The notes beneath the pieces are model-generated. The model was not told the DNA's origin. It saw nothing but the letters and a program-made list of their open reading frames with translations, and did not search any database. Both the position numbers and the translations under genes were made by a program. A stretch of DNA of 64,000 bases, taken from positions 38,090-102,089 of the forward strand of contig CAYGLL010000001.1 of the NCBI GenBank assembly GCA_964350935.1, written 5' to 3'. Positions 29,494 through 38,988 of the stretch are shown piece by piece (within the stretch, counting starts at the first letter, position 1; each line of letters opens with the position of its first letter). Origin of the DNA: an uncultured Candidatus Saccharibacteria bacterium (GTDB lineage: Bacteria > Patescibacteriota > Minisyncoccia > Phycocordibacterales > CAYGLL01).

Positions 29494-30153
29494 ATGAAAG
29501 AACGTCAATTAACCGCTGAAGATCAGGTGTTTCTTGCAGTTCTGCCGATTTCGACAAATGAAAAGAAAGTCATTGAAGCCTGGTGGAAATTGGAGGAACA
29601 CAAGGTTAGTCCCACCCGGACACAGTTAAAAAAGTATTACCTGTGGGTCGGGTACGAGATTCTTTTGTCACTCGTGTTTTTCATCTCCGTTCTTTTTCCT
29701 GAATCCCCGGCAATGGTGCTGGTGTCGAAGATTGCTCTCGTATGCGTATGGGTGAATGCCGCGTGTTATTTCCTTTTGAGTACGGGGGGCATGCTCTACG
29801 TTAACTATTTAACAAAAAATGGGGACGAGTGGATTCTCTTCAATGTGTACCTGCGCAAAGATAATCTGCAGGAGTTGGTGAGGTATTTCACACCGGTCCG
29901 GATAGCTATTTGCGCCACCCATCTTTTGTTGGTGATTTCTCTTCTGGTTGCGGGGCATGTTCTCATTGCCACGGTCACTGCTTTCGTGCTCTTCCTGATA
30001 TACGTTGTGTACGGGTGGGTGCACCGGCAATTCATACGGAATGTTCTCAAGGAGTTTGCCAGCCACCTTGATGCTACGCTCGAAGCCATGAAAAGGTCGT
30101 GGATATGGCATAGAGAGTCGAGGATTGCTGATGAGTCTGAGGTGTGTAAGTAG
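29494..30153 (+). CDS. Hypothetical integral membrane protein (219 aa, about 4 TM helices)
   Basis: Start chosen at ATG 29494 downstream of the promoter. The ORF-track start at 29227 lies inside the SQD1-like gene and its terminator. Confidence 0.45.
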   Translation: MKERQLTAEDQVFLAVLPISTNEKKVIEAWWKLEEHKVSPTRTQLKKYYLWVGYEILLSLVFFISVLFPESPAMVLVSKIALVCVWVNAACYFLLSTGGMLYVNYLTKNGDEWILFNVYLRKDNLQELVRYFTPVRIAICATHLLLVISLLVAGHVLIATVTAFVLFLIYVVYGWVHRQFIRNVLKEFASHLDATLEAMKRSWIWHRESRIADESEVCK

Positions 30154-30160
30154 TTTTAGA

Positions 30161-30192
30161 CCCCGTTTCGCATTGCGGAACGGGGTTTTTAT
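30161..30192 (+). terminator. Rho-independent terminator (loop motif TTCGCATTGCGG)
   Basis: CCCCGTTTCG-CATTG-CGGAACGGGG followed by TTTTT. Confidence 0.75.
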
Positions 30193-30346
30193 TATTCAAA
30201 AAAAGAATTTGCAAAATAGTGTACTTGCAGAAAGTTTTTAATTGAGAGCCTGATTGAACGTCAACCAAATTAGTTTGTCATGTCTTGTGGTTTGAGGTCA
30301 GTGTGTTAGGCTACAAGTAGTAGGTTACTAACATAAACAATTTTTC

Positions 30347-31162
30347 ATGAAAAAAAATATAGGCATAGGATTGGTGTGTGTGATTGCCTTGAGTTGTGTT
30401 GTTGGCGTTGCTCGTGCACATCATGCATGGGGTCCGTATCACTGGGCGCGCACAACGCCAGAGTTTACTCTTAAATTAGGTGACAGCGTATCTTCAAACT
30501 GGGATTTGTATCTTCAGACTGCGTCGGGTGATTGGAACCAGTCATCGGTTTTGAACACGGTTATTGTGCCAGGTCTTAATATCAATCGACAAAAAACATG
30601 CCGAGCCGTTGCAGGTCGGGCAGAGATTTGTAATGCAAAGTATGGAAATAATGGTTGGCTCGGGATCGCTTCGATCTGGGCGTTGGGAGATCACATAACT
30701 CAGGGGACAGTAAAAATGAATGACACGTATTTTGTCACTCAGACCTATAACAAGCCGGCGTGGAAAAATTTAGTTTTATGTCAGGAGGTCGGACACTTAT
30801 TTGGTCTCGATCACCAGGATGAAAATTTCAGCAATACTCCTTTGGGAACTTGTATGGATTACTCCAATGATCCTACACTCAATCAACATCCTAATGCGCA
30901 TGACTATGAGATGCTCGAAACGATCTATGCCCATCTTGATGGATCAACGACTGTTGCACAAACACCTCTCCAGAATCCGCAGGTCGGAGCATCAGTTTCA
31001 GACGACCCGCAAGGGTGGGGAAAAGAAATTCGCCGATCACGTGATGGTCGCGCATCACTCTATGTGCGCGAGTTCGCCGGAGGAGAACGCATGTTCACCC
31101 ACGTCTTTTGGGCAGATGAAAATCAGGGACGAGGAAAGGGTTCCACCCCTCACAATCGTTAG
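30347..31162 (+). CDS. Secreted metzincin-type zinc metalloprotease
   Basis: N-terminal signal peptide (MKKNIGIGLVCVIALSCVVGVARA), HEVGHLFGLDH (HExxHxxGxxH), and a downstream CMDY Met-turn-like motif. Confidence 0.6.
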   Translation: MKKNIGIGLVCVIALSCVVGVARAHHAWGPYHWARTTPEFTLKLGDSVSSNWDLYLQTASGDWNQSSVLNTVIVPGLNINRQKTCRAVAGRAEICNAKYGNNGWLGIASIWALGDHITQGTVKMNDTYFVTQTYNKPAWKNLVLCQEVGHLFGLDHQDENFSNTPLGTCMDYSNDPTLNQHPNAHDYEMLETIYAHLDGSTTVAQTPLQNPQVGASVSDDPQGWGKEIRRSRDGRASLYVREFAGGERMFTHVFWADENQGRGKGSTPHNR

Positions 31163-31212
31163 CACCCGGTATCTTCTGAAACAAAGTACGGTGTGATAAG
31201 GTTGTATACGTC

Positions 31213-32130
31213 ATGAGAATTATTGTCACGGGCGGATCGGGATTTATCGGTTCGCATCTCATTGAAGAGTTGGTTGCACACGGTCATCAGGTTTTTTCTG
31301 TTGATGTGCGCGACCCGCTTTCAAAGGTGAAAGGCGTTACGCATACAACTGGAGATATTTGCGACCATGAAACGCTCACTAAAACATTTGCCAGTTTTAA
31401 ACCTGATGCTGTTGTCCATCTTGCCGCACTCCCGTCTATTCAGCAGTCAATCAAAGAGCCTCACGTTTCGCTCCGTACGAATGTAGCCGGAACCTATTCA
31501 GTAATTGAGGCAGCGCGATCATCAGGTGCTTCGCGCGTTGTTTTTGCTTCATCAGCCGCAGTTTACGGCAAGACGACGGAAGAGATGAAAGGAAAACCCA
31601 TTTCAGAAAGTGTGGCGCTTCAACCGTTGAATCCATACGCTTTGGCAAAAAAAATGGGTGAAGAGTTTATGCGAATGGCAGCTGACGAAAAATTGTGGAA
31701 ATCAATCGATGCTGTGTCGTTACGCTTTTTCAATGTGTACGGTCCGCGCAAACGCCGCGACTCGCCGTATCGAACGGCAATCGAAACGTTCACAGAAGTG
31801 TGGAAAGAAGGAAAGCCGTTTCCCATTTTTGGCGACGGAACCCAGCGTCGTGATTTTATATTTGTTAAAGATGTTGTCCGGGCCTTGCGTTTAGCGGCTG
31901 AGCGAACAGAAAAGTTTAAAGGCGAGATTATAAACATTGCGTATGGTAAAAACTTTTCCGTTATTGATGCGGCAAACTTTATCGGCGGTGAAACACATCC
32001 CAAAGATTTTTTACCGGCACGACCCGGCGAGATTAAAGAGTCTTTAGCCGATACCTCCAAGGCAAAAAAACTTTTAGGCTGGTCGGCGGAAGTTTCGTTT
32101 AAAGACGGGTTACAGGAATTAAAAAAATAA
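31213..32130 (+). CDS. NAD-dependent epimerase/dehydratase (UDP-sugar 4-epimerase-like)
   Basis: IIVTGGSGFIGSHL Rossmann motif, YALAK (YxxxK) catalytic motif. Confidence 0.8.
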   Translation: MRIIVTGGSGFIGSHLIEELVAHGHQVFSVDVRDPLSKVKGVTHTTGDICDHETLTKTFASFKPDAVVHLAALPSIQQSIKEPHVSLRTNVAGTYSVIEAARSSGASRVVFASSAAVYGKTTEEMKGKPISESVALQPLNPYALAKKMGEEFMRMAADEKLWKSIDAVSLRFFNVYGPRKRRDSPYRTAIETFTEVWKEGKPFPIFGDGTQRRDFIFVKDVVRALRLAAERTEKFKGEIINIAYGKNFSVIDAANFIGGETHPKDFLPARPGEIKESLADTSKAKKLLGWSAEVSFKDGLQELKK

Positions 32131-32132
32131 TT

Positions 32133-32822
32133 ATGCAGGTTGTCATTTTAGCCGGAGGAAAAGGCGAGCGGTTGCGGCCACTCACCAACAATATCCCCAA
32201 ACCTATGATAGAGGTTGGAGGAAAGCCGATACTTTTTCATATCATTGAGGCATTGCCACAGGAGATCACTGAGGTGTATGTGGTTGTCGGATACCACGGC
32301 GATGTTATCGAGAAAGCTTTTGCAAGCTACAACAAAGGGGGTAAAAAAATAATGTGCGTGAAGCAGGGAATCGAGAACGGTACGTTTGCAGCGCTTCAAA
32401 CTGTCGAGAAATTTTTGAAGGGAAGTTTTCTGGTTTTAAATGGAGATTCTTTATACTCAAAACCAGATCTTAAAGAATTATGTAAAAATTCGCTTTCAAT
32501 TTTGGTTCGTCACGAAGACTGGCCATCAGAGAGAACCGCTGCCTGTTTTTTTGACGAGAAAATGAATCTGAGTTCGATTCACGAGAAGGTTCCAAATTTA
32601 AAATATGAGTACGCCAATTGTGGTGCCTATGTTTTAACGCAGGCGATTTTTAGCGAGCCGATTACGCGTGGTCCTTCAGGTGAATCGTGGCTTTCGGCAA
32701 TGGTAGGAACACTTGCAACTAAGTCTTCGGTTCAGGGCGTGGTGGCAAAACAGTACTGTACCATTACTTCGATTGAAGATATTAAATTTTGCGAAACGGT
32801 GATTGCAAAATTTGACAAATAA
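32133..32822 (+). CDS. Sugar-phosphate nucleotidyltransferase (NTP_transferase family, short form)
   Basis: VVILAGGKGERLRPLTNNIPKPMIEV signature. Confidence 0.75.
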   Translation: MQVVILAGGKGERLRPLTNNIPKPMIEVGGKPILFHIIEALPQEITEVYVVVGYHGDVIEKAFASYNKGGKKIMCVKQGIENGTFAALQTVEKFLKGSFLVLNGDSLYSKPDLKELCKNSLSILVRHEDWPSERTAACFFDEKMNLSSIHEKVPNLKYEYANCGAYVLTQAIFSEPITRGPSGESWLSAMVGTLATKSSVQGVVAKQYCTITSIEDIKFCETVIAKFDK

Positions 32823-32896
32823 AATTTTTGTATTAGATTCAGAACAGAATATAAGGAGGTTGTAGTTTACAGCTGTAGCAAACGAAAGGGTTCTGA

Positions 32897-33505
32897 ATGA
32901 AAGAAAAATTACTGAATGCTCCTCAGTCAAAACTTGTGCTGGGTAAAGCAACGCCGGTTTATCAGGGGCCATTTATCACAGTCTCGAAAGTTCCTTTTAA
33001 AAAGAGAAAAAAGGGGAAGGAGGGTGTGTGGGAGGTGGTAACTCGCACGAACTCTCACGGGCCCACGGTGGCAATTGTTGGCGTCACACCGGACCTCAAT
33101 GTTGTTCTGGTGCGGGAGTACCGCATTCCGCTTAAACGCTGGGTGATCTCATTCTGTTGTGGGGCGATCAACGAAGATGAACAGGATTTTGACGCTGCGC
33201 GCCGCGAACTTCGAGAAGAGACCGGGTACGTTGTTCCGGAAAGAAAGATCACGAGGCTTTTCGAAGGTCCCTTCAGTCCGGCGCTTGGCCCGGACTCCAT
33301 GGCGGTTTTCGCAGGATTCAATGCTGTTTACGAAGGCATAAACTTTCGTGATCACGCTGAAGACATCGAGACCATTACGCTTCCCTTGGCAAGCGCTATG
33401 GACGAGCTCCTTGAGGTTTCGCACAAGGTCGCCGTTGATGTGAAAGTTTACGGAGCCCTTGCACGTATTTCACGCATCCTCGCTCGCAAGAGTTTGCTCG
33501 AGTAG
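32897..33505 (+). CDS. NUDIX hydrolase
   Basis: Nudix box GAINEDEQDFDAARRELREETGY (Gx5Ex7REUxEExGU). Confidence 0.8.
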   Translation: MKEKLLNAPQSKLVLGKATPVYQGPFITVSKVPFKKRKKGKEGVWEVVTRTNSHGPTVAIVGVTPDLNVVLVREYRIPLKRWVISFCCGAINEDEQDFDAARRELREETGYVVPERKITRLFEGPFSPALGPDSMAVFAGFNAVYEGINFRDHAEDIETITLPLASAMDELLEVSHKVAVDVKVYGALARISRILARKSLLE

Positions 33506-33514
33506 TTGGTTTGT

Positions 33515-33546
33515 AGGAGCGCCACTCTGTAGCGCTCCTTTTTCTT
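33515..33546 (+). terminator. Rho-independent terminator
   Basis: AGGAGCGC-CACTCTGTA-GCGCTCCT followed by TTTTTCTTTT. Confidence 0.8.
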
Positions 33547-33583
33547 TTGAAATTTTGTTTGCGGTGCTAGAGTTATACTTACT

Positions 33584-34297
33584 ATGGCAAACAAACCAGA
33601 AGTGCTGGCGACGGTGACTGCGCGCGGCGGATCAAAGCGCATTCCAAAAAAGAGCATCGTGCCGCTTTTAGGAAAACCCTCAATGGTGTGGGTTTTGGAG
33701 GTGCTTAAGAAATCAAAAACAATAACGCGCATAATTGTTGATACCGATGATGAAGAAATGGCTAAGGTGGGGAGAGCGGCCGGGGCTGAGATCCCGTTCA
33801 TGCGACCTAGGGAACTCGCCAGTGATTCCGCAGGACACCTCGCAGTTTTAAAACACGAACTCGAATTTTTTAAAGAAAAAGAAGGATACGTACCAGACGC
33901 AGTTGTGTTGATTCAGCCGACATCGCCACTCGTTGAAGCCGCTGACATTGATGCGGCAGTTGAACTCCTACTCAAAGAAAATCTCGACTCTGTGGAAACG
34001 GTTTTTGAGGTTGCAACCATTTTCCATCCCTATCGTGTTCGTGCAATTGATGAAAAAGGGGAGACCGGTTTTTTTATGCCGAAAGAGCGCGCGGAGGCGA
34101 TGAAAACCGGCGTCTGGCCAAAAATGTATGCAGTTGATGCAGTATTTTGTTTTAAGCCAAACAATCTCTACGAGTATGGAACAATTCAGGGCAAAAAAAG
34201 TAAGTCGGTCATCATACCGCGCGAGAAAGCTTGTGACATCGACGATCCCGCAGATATTGCGATTGCCGAAGCTCTGCTCAGAAAATTTAAATCATAA
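33584..34297 (+). CDS. Acylneuraminate (nonulosonate) cytidylyltransferase, NeuA/CTP_transf_3 family, copy 1
   Basis: ATVTARGGSKRIPKK...QPTSPL motifs. Confidence 0.75.
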   Translation: MANKPEVLATVTARGGSKRIPKKSIVPLLGKPSMVWVLEVLKKSKTITRIIVDTDDEEMAKVGRAAGAEIPFMRPRELASDSAGHLAVLKHELEFFKEKEGYVPDAVVLIQPTSPLVEAADIDAAVELLLKENLDSVETVFEVATIFHPYRVRAIDEKGETGFFMPKERAEAMKTGVWPKMYAVDAVFCFKPNNLYEYGTIQGKKSKSVIIPREKACDIDDPADIAIAEALLRKFKS

Positions 34298-34333
34298 AAG
34301 CAGTAAGAACTCTTATATTAACTCCTCGGTTCG

Positions 34334-34361
34334 GAAATAAAAGCGAAGACGCTTTTATTTC
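34334..34361 (+). other. Perfect 12-bp stem-loop (GAAATAAAAGCG-AAGA-CGCTTTTATTTC) in the intergenic region
   Basis: Read directly from the sequence. It may terminate the NeuA-like gene or belong to a small structured RNA. Confidence 0.5.
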
Positions 34362-34525
34362 ATACCACAGGGGTACCCCTAAAGGGACTTCCCGTTTTGT
34401 GAACAAAACGTAGGTCGCTTCTTGTTTGATAAATCAAACTAATGTCGCACCACAAGAGTGCTTCCAATTTCTACACTCGCCTTGCTCGTAAGAAATTTAG
34501 TCGCTCACTCTACATCGCTAATAAA

Positions 34526-34557
34526 GAAAAAACCGCCCCGAATTAATTGGGGCGGTT
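34526..34557 (-). terminator. Rho-independent terminator for the minus-strand DMT gene
   Basis: On the minus strand: AACCGCCCC-AATTAATTC-GGGGCGGTT followed by TTTTTT. Confidence 0.8.
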
Positions 34558-34562
34558 TGCTG

Positions 34563-35498
34563 TTAAAGAGCAATTAAGATTGTGCCTATGACAATCACGA
34601 TGCTTCCGATAAGGCGCAGCAGCGTGTTTTTCTCTCCCAGAAACCAGGTAGCGAAAAGGATAACCCAGAAGACTTGTGTCCTCCTCAGTGCTCCACCGTA
34701 CGGGGCGATGCCGTACAGAAACACAGCGTTTTGAAACGCAACGCCGATACCCATGAGAATTCCAACGAGAAACACAACGCCAAAGTGTTTCTTATCGTGT
34801 CCGTGCCAGCGCCCCCGAAGCGATGAGTGAATCCAGATTGCAAGAGCGACGAGTGCAAAAACTGCTCCGCTAAAGAATGACGGATTCGATGCCAGTGTCG
34901 CGAGCTTGTCGAAGTTGATCGCGATTGCACCAAGCCATGCGACGGCAAGCGCCAATCGCGCACCCGTACTTTGAGTCATACGCCACAACGGTGCCCCAAT
35001 CCATGCGAGGGTGTGGTGCCATGACAAGGGCGTTGATCGAGCAACCAGCCCGGGAAGTTTCACTTCCTTACCTTTGAGGTAGAGGATATAGGCGCCGAGT
35101 GCAATGAGGCCGATACCGATTCGCCCGTAGAATGTGGGCCATTCGCGAAGAATCAAGAAGGACATGACAATCGCGATTGCCGGCTGGGCGGTTGAGAGGG
35201 GTAAGACAATTGAGGCATCTTCCAGTTTGAGAGCTTTGACGTTCCAGAACTGAATCAGGATGTTTAAGGCAACGGAGACGAAGAAGGGTAGCCAGAAGGT
35301 AACAGTTAAATGAGGGACTCCACTTACGATAAGGCTTCCGATAATTCCGCTTGTCGCAGCACCCATCATTGAAGCAACGGTGACAACGTCCTCGTGAACA
35401 CCGAGGTGCTTTACAAACTTAGCCCTGAGAGTATTTTGAATTCCCGCAATGAAACCTCCAATGATACCAACGACAAGCATTGATTGAGTCGAGGTCAT
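34563..35498 (-). CDS. DMT-superfamily (EamA-like) transporter
   Basis: 311 aa with about 10 TM helices and two EamA-like repeats (for example ...ASIVLPLSTAQPAIAIVMSFLIL). Confidence 0.6.
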   Translation of the reverse strand: MTSTQSMLVVGIIGGFIAGIQNTLRAKFVKHLGVHEDVVTVASMMGAATSGIIGSLIVSGVPHLTVTFWLPFFVSVALNILIQFWNVKALKLEDASIVLPLSTAQPAIAIVMSFLILREWPTFYGRIGIGLIALGAYILYLKGKEVKLPGLVARSTPLSWHHTLAWIGAPLWRMTQSTGARLALAVAWLGAIAINFDKLATLASNPSFFSGAVFALVALAIWIHSSLRGRWHGHDKKHFGVVFLVGILMGIGVAFQNAVFLYGIAPYGGALRRTQVFWVILFATWFLGEKNTLLRLIGSIVIVIGTILIAL

Positions 35499-35545
35499 AG
35501 TTTTTAAGGAACATACTGTGGATCAAATTATCACGAAAAATTGTA

Positions 35546-35574
35546 TTGTCAATGTTAAGCTATCGTGGTACGAT
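35546..35574 (+). promoter_or_regulatory. Promoter TTGTCA-17-TACGAT with extended motif gtATTGTCAAtg
   Basis: Found upstream of NeuB copy 2; a second -10-like TATACT lies 10 nt before the ATG. Confidence 0.35.
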
Positions 35575-35636
35575 GTCGCTTGTATTAAAAACGCAGGAAC
35601 AGTGGTTGTAATCAACATCCTGCATATACTAAAGAA

Positions 35637-36668
35637 ATGAAATCGAGCAAGGTTAAATTAGGTTCAAAATGGGTTGGCGACGGAGAGCCGGTCTATATTA
35701 TTGCCGAAGGCGGCCTCACTAACTGGGGTGAATTAAAGTTGGCCAAAAAACAGGTTGACGCGTCGATGGCTGCAGGGGCCGACTGCGTAAAGTTTCAGGC
35801 ACAGACGACCGAAGAATTGGTTTCAAGAAAAGTTGATCCCTACTGGTTTAAGAGGCTCAAATATAAGGAGCTTTCGCATGGCGAACTCAAAAAACTCTGG
35901 GACTATGCCTCAGTTCGAAATATTGACTGCTTTATCACCGCTCACACTGATGTTGATCTTGATTTTCTCGACAAAGAATTGAATGTGCCCTTTTTGAAGG
36001 TTGGTTCGGGTGAATCAATGAATGAGCGATTTTTAAAAAATGTTGGTTCACGCAAAAAGCCCGTGGTGGTTTCGTTGGGTCTTCATTTAAACAATGCTGA
36101 GGTTAAAAAGACTATCTCAACTCTTGAAAAGGCGGGGGCACAGGGAATCGTTATTTTACATTGCAATACGGTCTATCCAACGCCTCCCGCAGCGAATCAC
36201 CTGCGCCGCATTTCAGAACTCAAAAAACTTTTTCCAGAGTATCCGATCGGCTATTCAGATCACACCGTCGGGAATCACATGGTTCATGCAGCGATCGCCT
36301 TAGGTGCGACAGTTATTGAAAAGCATCTTTCATTTGATGTGACTGATAAGCGCTCGTTTGATTGTCCCGGATCGTGCACCCCGGATACCCTGCAAGATCT
36401 GGTTAAAGAGGTTCGTGAGATCGAAGCGGCGCTTAAAGATCCAGGTAAAAAGCGTATTGAAGTGGTTATAAATGCACGAAAGTGGGCACAACAATCAGTT
36501 GTTGCAAAGGCCGATATTCCAAAGGGAACCAGGCTTACCGCTTCAATGTTTTCATTCAAGCGACCCGGAGTTGGGCTGGGACCTGAAGAAACAACAAAGC
36601 TTCTTGGCAAAACGACTAAACGAAAAATTACAGCCGACGAATTAATTCTGAAAAAAGATGTTCGCTAA
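35637..36668 (+). CDS. NeuB-family nonulosonic acid synthase, copy 2 (with SAF domain)
   Basis: VYIIAEGGLTNWG...CVKFQ TIM-barrel signature and SAF domain (IPKGTRLTASMFSFKRP). Confidence 0.75.
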   Translation: MKSSKVKLGSKWVGDGEPVYIIAEGGLTNWGELKLAKKQVDASMAAGADCVKFQAQTTEELVSRKVDPYWFKRLKYKELSHGELKKLWDYASVRNIDCFITAHTDVDLDFLDKELNVPFLKVGSGESMNERFLKNVGSRKKPVVVSLGLHLNNAEVKKTISTLEKAGAQGIVILHCNTVYPTPPAANHLRRISELKKLFPEYPIGYSDHTVGNHMVHAAIALGATVIEKHLSFDVTDKRSFDCPGSCTPDTLQDLVKEVREIEAALKDPGKKRIEVVINARKWAQQSVVAKADIPKGTRLTASMFSFKRPGVGLGPEETTKLLGKTTKRKITADELILKKDVR

Positions 36669-36697
36669 AAACACCCCCATAAAGTACGGGGGTGTTT
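36669..36697. terminator. Bidirectional terminator between convergent genes
   Basis: AAACACCCCC-ATAAAGTAC-GGGGGTGTTT. Confidence 0.75.
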
Positions 36698-36699
36698 GC

Positions 36700-37158
36700 T
36701 CAGGGTGATTTCATCGAGGAACGAATTTTATCCCGCTCTTTGCTAACGAATCCAAGAATTTTTGAGACGTCGCCCTCGGAGGGTTGAGATTTGAACTTTT
36801 GAAGCCGCCTGATTGCATATTCGTACACAGCGAGGGCAACCGTACGTGTACCCTCAGCCGACTTTTCAGTCTCCGCGAAACATGCTGCTACCTGCTGATG
36901 GGCACGGTAGATGGCCCACGCTTCTTTCCGCTCGGCGAACTCATCTCCGGCTATGTTTCGGGTGCTCTCTGCTGAGCACGTGAGGAGTGTATGGAGAGAA
37001 TGGCGCAGGTTCGTGTTTGAAATCTGATCAATGTTTGTGTGGAGCAGGTTGATCGCAGCGTTTGTTGAAACAAACGCTTTCACTTTCTTTTCTGCAGCAG
37101 TGGTGGTGGAAAGTGTGACAATAACTAAGAAAAAAACGCGAAAAACGAGCGTATTCAT
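36700..37158 (-). CDS. Small secreted hypothetical protein (signal peptide)
   Basis: 152-aa ORF with the hydrophobic N-terminus MNTLVFRVFFLVIVTLSTTTAA. Confidence 0.4.
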   Translation of the reverse strand: MNTLVFRVFFLVIVTLSTTTAAEKKVKAFVSTNAAINLLHTNIDQISNTNLRHSLHTLLTCSAESTRNIAGDEFAERKEAWAIYRAHQQVAACFAETEKSAEGTRTVALAVYEYAIRRLQKFKSQPSEGDVSKILGFVSKERDKIRSSMKSP

Positions 37159-37239
37159 AACGTGAGTCGGGTAACTATTTTCTTATCCCAACGTATCACG
37201 TTCTATTTCTGAAGTATAGCCGACCGTTTTTTGATAACT

Positions 37240-37266
37240 AAAACACCCTGTCGCGGAGGGTGTTTT
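37240..37266. terminator. Hairpin terminator (AAAACACCCT-GTCGCGG-AGGGTGTTTT) at the 3' end of rfbB
   Basis: Perfect 10-bp stem; it overlaps the rfbB stop codon. Confidence 0.6.
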
Positions 37267-38242
37267 ACGCATGTGCGTGTCGTTTTTTGTAAAAGTTTAT
37301 TTTTCGCCGAATTCCGTCTTCAAATTTCACCTTAGGTTTCCAGCCTAGTTCGTCGCGAATTTTAGAAATATTCATGGCGTAGCGGAAATCATGGCCGGGT
37401 CGGTCGGTGACCCACTCGATGTGGGATTTGTCCTTTCCCAGTATCTCGAGAAGTGTGTGAGTAATTTCAAGGTTATTTTTTTCACATTCTCCGCCGACAT
37501 TATAGATCGATCCAGGTTTTGCTTTATGGAAAACGAGATCAATCGCTTCGACATGATCATCAACGTATATCCAGTCGCGGATATTTTCACCGGTTCCGTA
37601 CAGTGGGACTTTTTCATGCCGCAAAAGTCTGGTGATAAAGAGGGGAATCAGTTTGGAAAGATCCTGCCGCGGCCCATAATTATTTGAACAGCGTGTAATG
37701 ACGACCGGCACACCATATGTTTCAAAGTACGAAAGAACTAAGAGGTCGGCGGCAGCCTTTGATGCACTGTAGGGACTTCGCGGGGCAATCATGTTTTCTT
37801 CAGTAAAGGCGGGGTCGTCTTTTTTGAGCGAGCCGTATACCTCATCAGTTGAGATCTGGTAGTAGCGATTAATATCGAATTCACGTGCAAGGATAAGCAG
37901 GTTGTGTGTGCCCGCTACGTTAGTTTCAACAAAAATAGACGGAGATTCGATACTTTTATCCACGTGGCTTTCAGCGGCGAAATGAATGATGTCGGTTGGT
38001 CGAAGTTCGTTAAATATTTTTCTGAGTTGTTCGAGGTCGCGTATGTCAGCGTTAACAAAAAGATAGTTCGGTCTCTCGTGTATCTCAACATTGCTTAGGT
38101 CTCCCGCGTATGTTAAAAGATCGAGGTTGATGAAGTGGTATTCAGGATAACGCGGTACGCAGGTATTAAGATAGTTGCTTCCTATGAAGCCTGCGCCGCC
38201 GGTCACGAGTATTGTTCGCGCGTAGTTATTTTTTCTTGCCAT
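37265..38242 (-). CDS. rfbB: dTDP-glucose 4,6-dehydratase
   Basis: ILVTGGAGFIGSN, YSASKAA, a CSNNYGP-like motif and the overall RmlB pattern. Start chosen at MARKNNYA (38242); the ORF track extends to 38308. Confidence 0.8.
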   Translation of the reverse strand: MARKNNYARTILVTGGAGFIGSNYLNTCVPRYPEYHFINLDLLTYAGDLSNVEIHERPNYLFVNADIRDLEQLRKIFNELRPTDIIHFAAESHVDKSIESPSIFVETNVAGTHNLLILAREFDINRYYQISTDEVYGSLKKDDPAFTEENMIAPRSPYSASKAAADLLVLSYFETYGVPVVITRCSNNYGPRQDLSKLIPLFITRLLRHEKVPLYGTGENIRDWIYVDDHVEAIDLVFHKAKPGSIYNVGGECEKNNLEITHTLLEILGKDKSHIEWVTDRPGHDFRYAMNISKIRDELGWKPKVKFEDGIRRKINFYKKRHAHA

Positions 38243-38966
38243 ACTTTTTGTGCATATGAATGGCCGCAGCAAGAAGGCTGTCAGGCGTGCCGATGTCAAA
38301 CCACGCATCCTTTAAAATAAGCGCCCGGAGAGTTCCTTCTTTAACGTAGCGGTTGTTCACATCGGTGATTTCCAATTCGCCGCGGTCAGAGAGTGTTTGC
38401 CCCTCAAGTTTGGCAAAGACGCTGTTGTCGTAGATATAGAGTCCGGTGACTGCGAGATCGGAATCGGGTCTTTTTGGTTTTTCCGTGATTTTTTTAACAC
38501 GGCCGCGTTTGTCGACTGAGGCAACGCCAAAACGCTCTGGATCTTTAACTTTTTTCAGAAAAACCGTCGCGCCACTTTTAAAGTTTTTTACGATGTCACT
38601 AAAATCATCTTCAAAAATGTTGTCGCCCAGGTGAAGTGCGCATGAATCATCTCCAATGTAGTCGCGCGCAATGTGGAGGCCGTAGGCGATTCCTGAGGGC
38701 ACATTTTGAATTCCATACACGACCTGAATCTGTGTTCCCGTGCGTTTTGAGATGAAGTCTTTTCCTGAGCCGATGAGGCGCACAAAGTGGTCAATCGACT
38801 GAGGCGACGTAACGATCATGATGCGGTCAATGCCCGCGTTAACGAGTGTTTGTACCGCGTGATAAATGACCGGTTTGTTATAAACCGGAAGGAGGTGTTT
38901 GTTGACTGCAAGCGTTAAGGGGTGGAGGCGCGTGCCGCTTCCCCCGGCTAAAATGATGCCTTTCAT
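38226..38966 (-). CDS. rfbA: Glucose-1-phosphate thymidylyltransferase-like nucleotidyltransferase
   Basis: MKGIILAGGSGTRLHPLT signature. Start chosen at 38966, preceded by AGGATAGGAAAG; its 3' end overlaps the rfbB start. Confidence 0.75.
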   Translation of the reverse strand: MKGIILAGGSGTRLHPLTLAVNKHLLPVYNKPVIYHAVQTLVNAGIDRIMIVTSPQSIDHFVRLIGSGKDFISKRTGTQIQVVYGIQNVPSGIAYGLHIARDYIGDDSCALHLGDNIFEDDFSDIVKNFKSGATVFLKKVKDPERFGVASVDKRGRVKKITEKPKRPDSDLAVTGLYIYDNSVFAKLEGQTLSDRGELEITDVNNRYVKEGTLRALILKDAWFDIGTPDSLLAAAIHMHKKYGKKK

Positions 38967-38988
38967 AAGCTTTCCTATCCTAGTATTT

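Noticed and set aside
38243-38308. 22-aa N-terminal extension of rfbB, and the 13-aa extension of rfbA (38967-39005)
   Set aside because: The extensions precede the conserved GGAGFIGS and GGSGTRL N-termini and, for rfbA, would cover the SD/promoter sequence. The internal Met starts fit the family boundaries better; the start choice remains uncertain.
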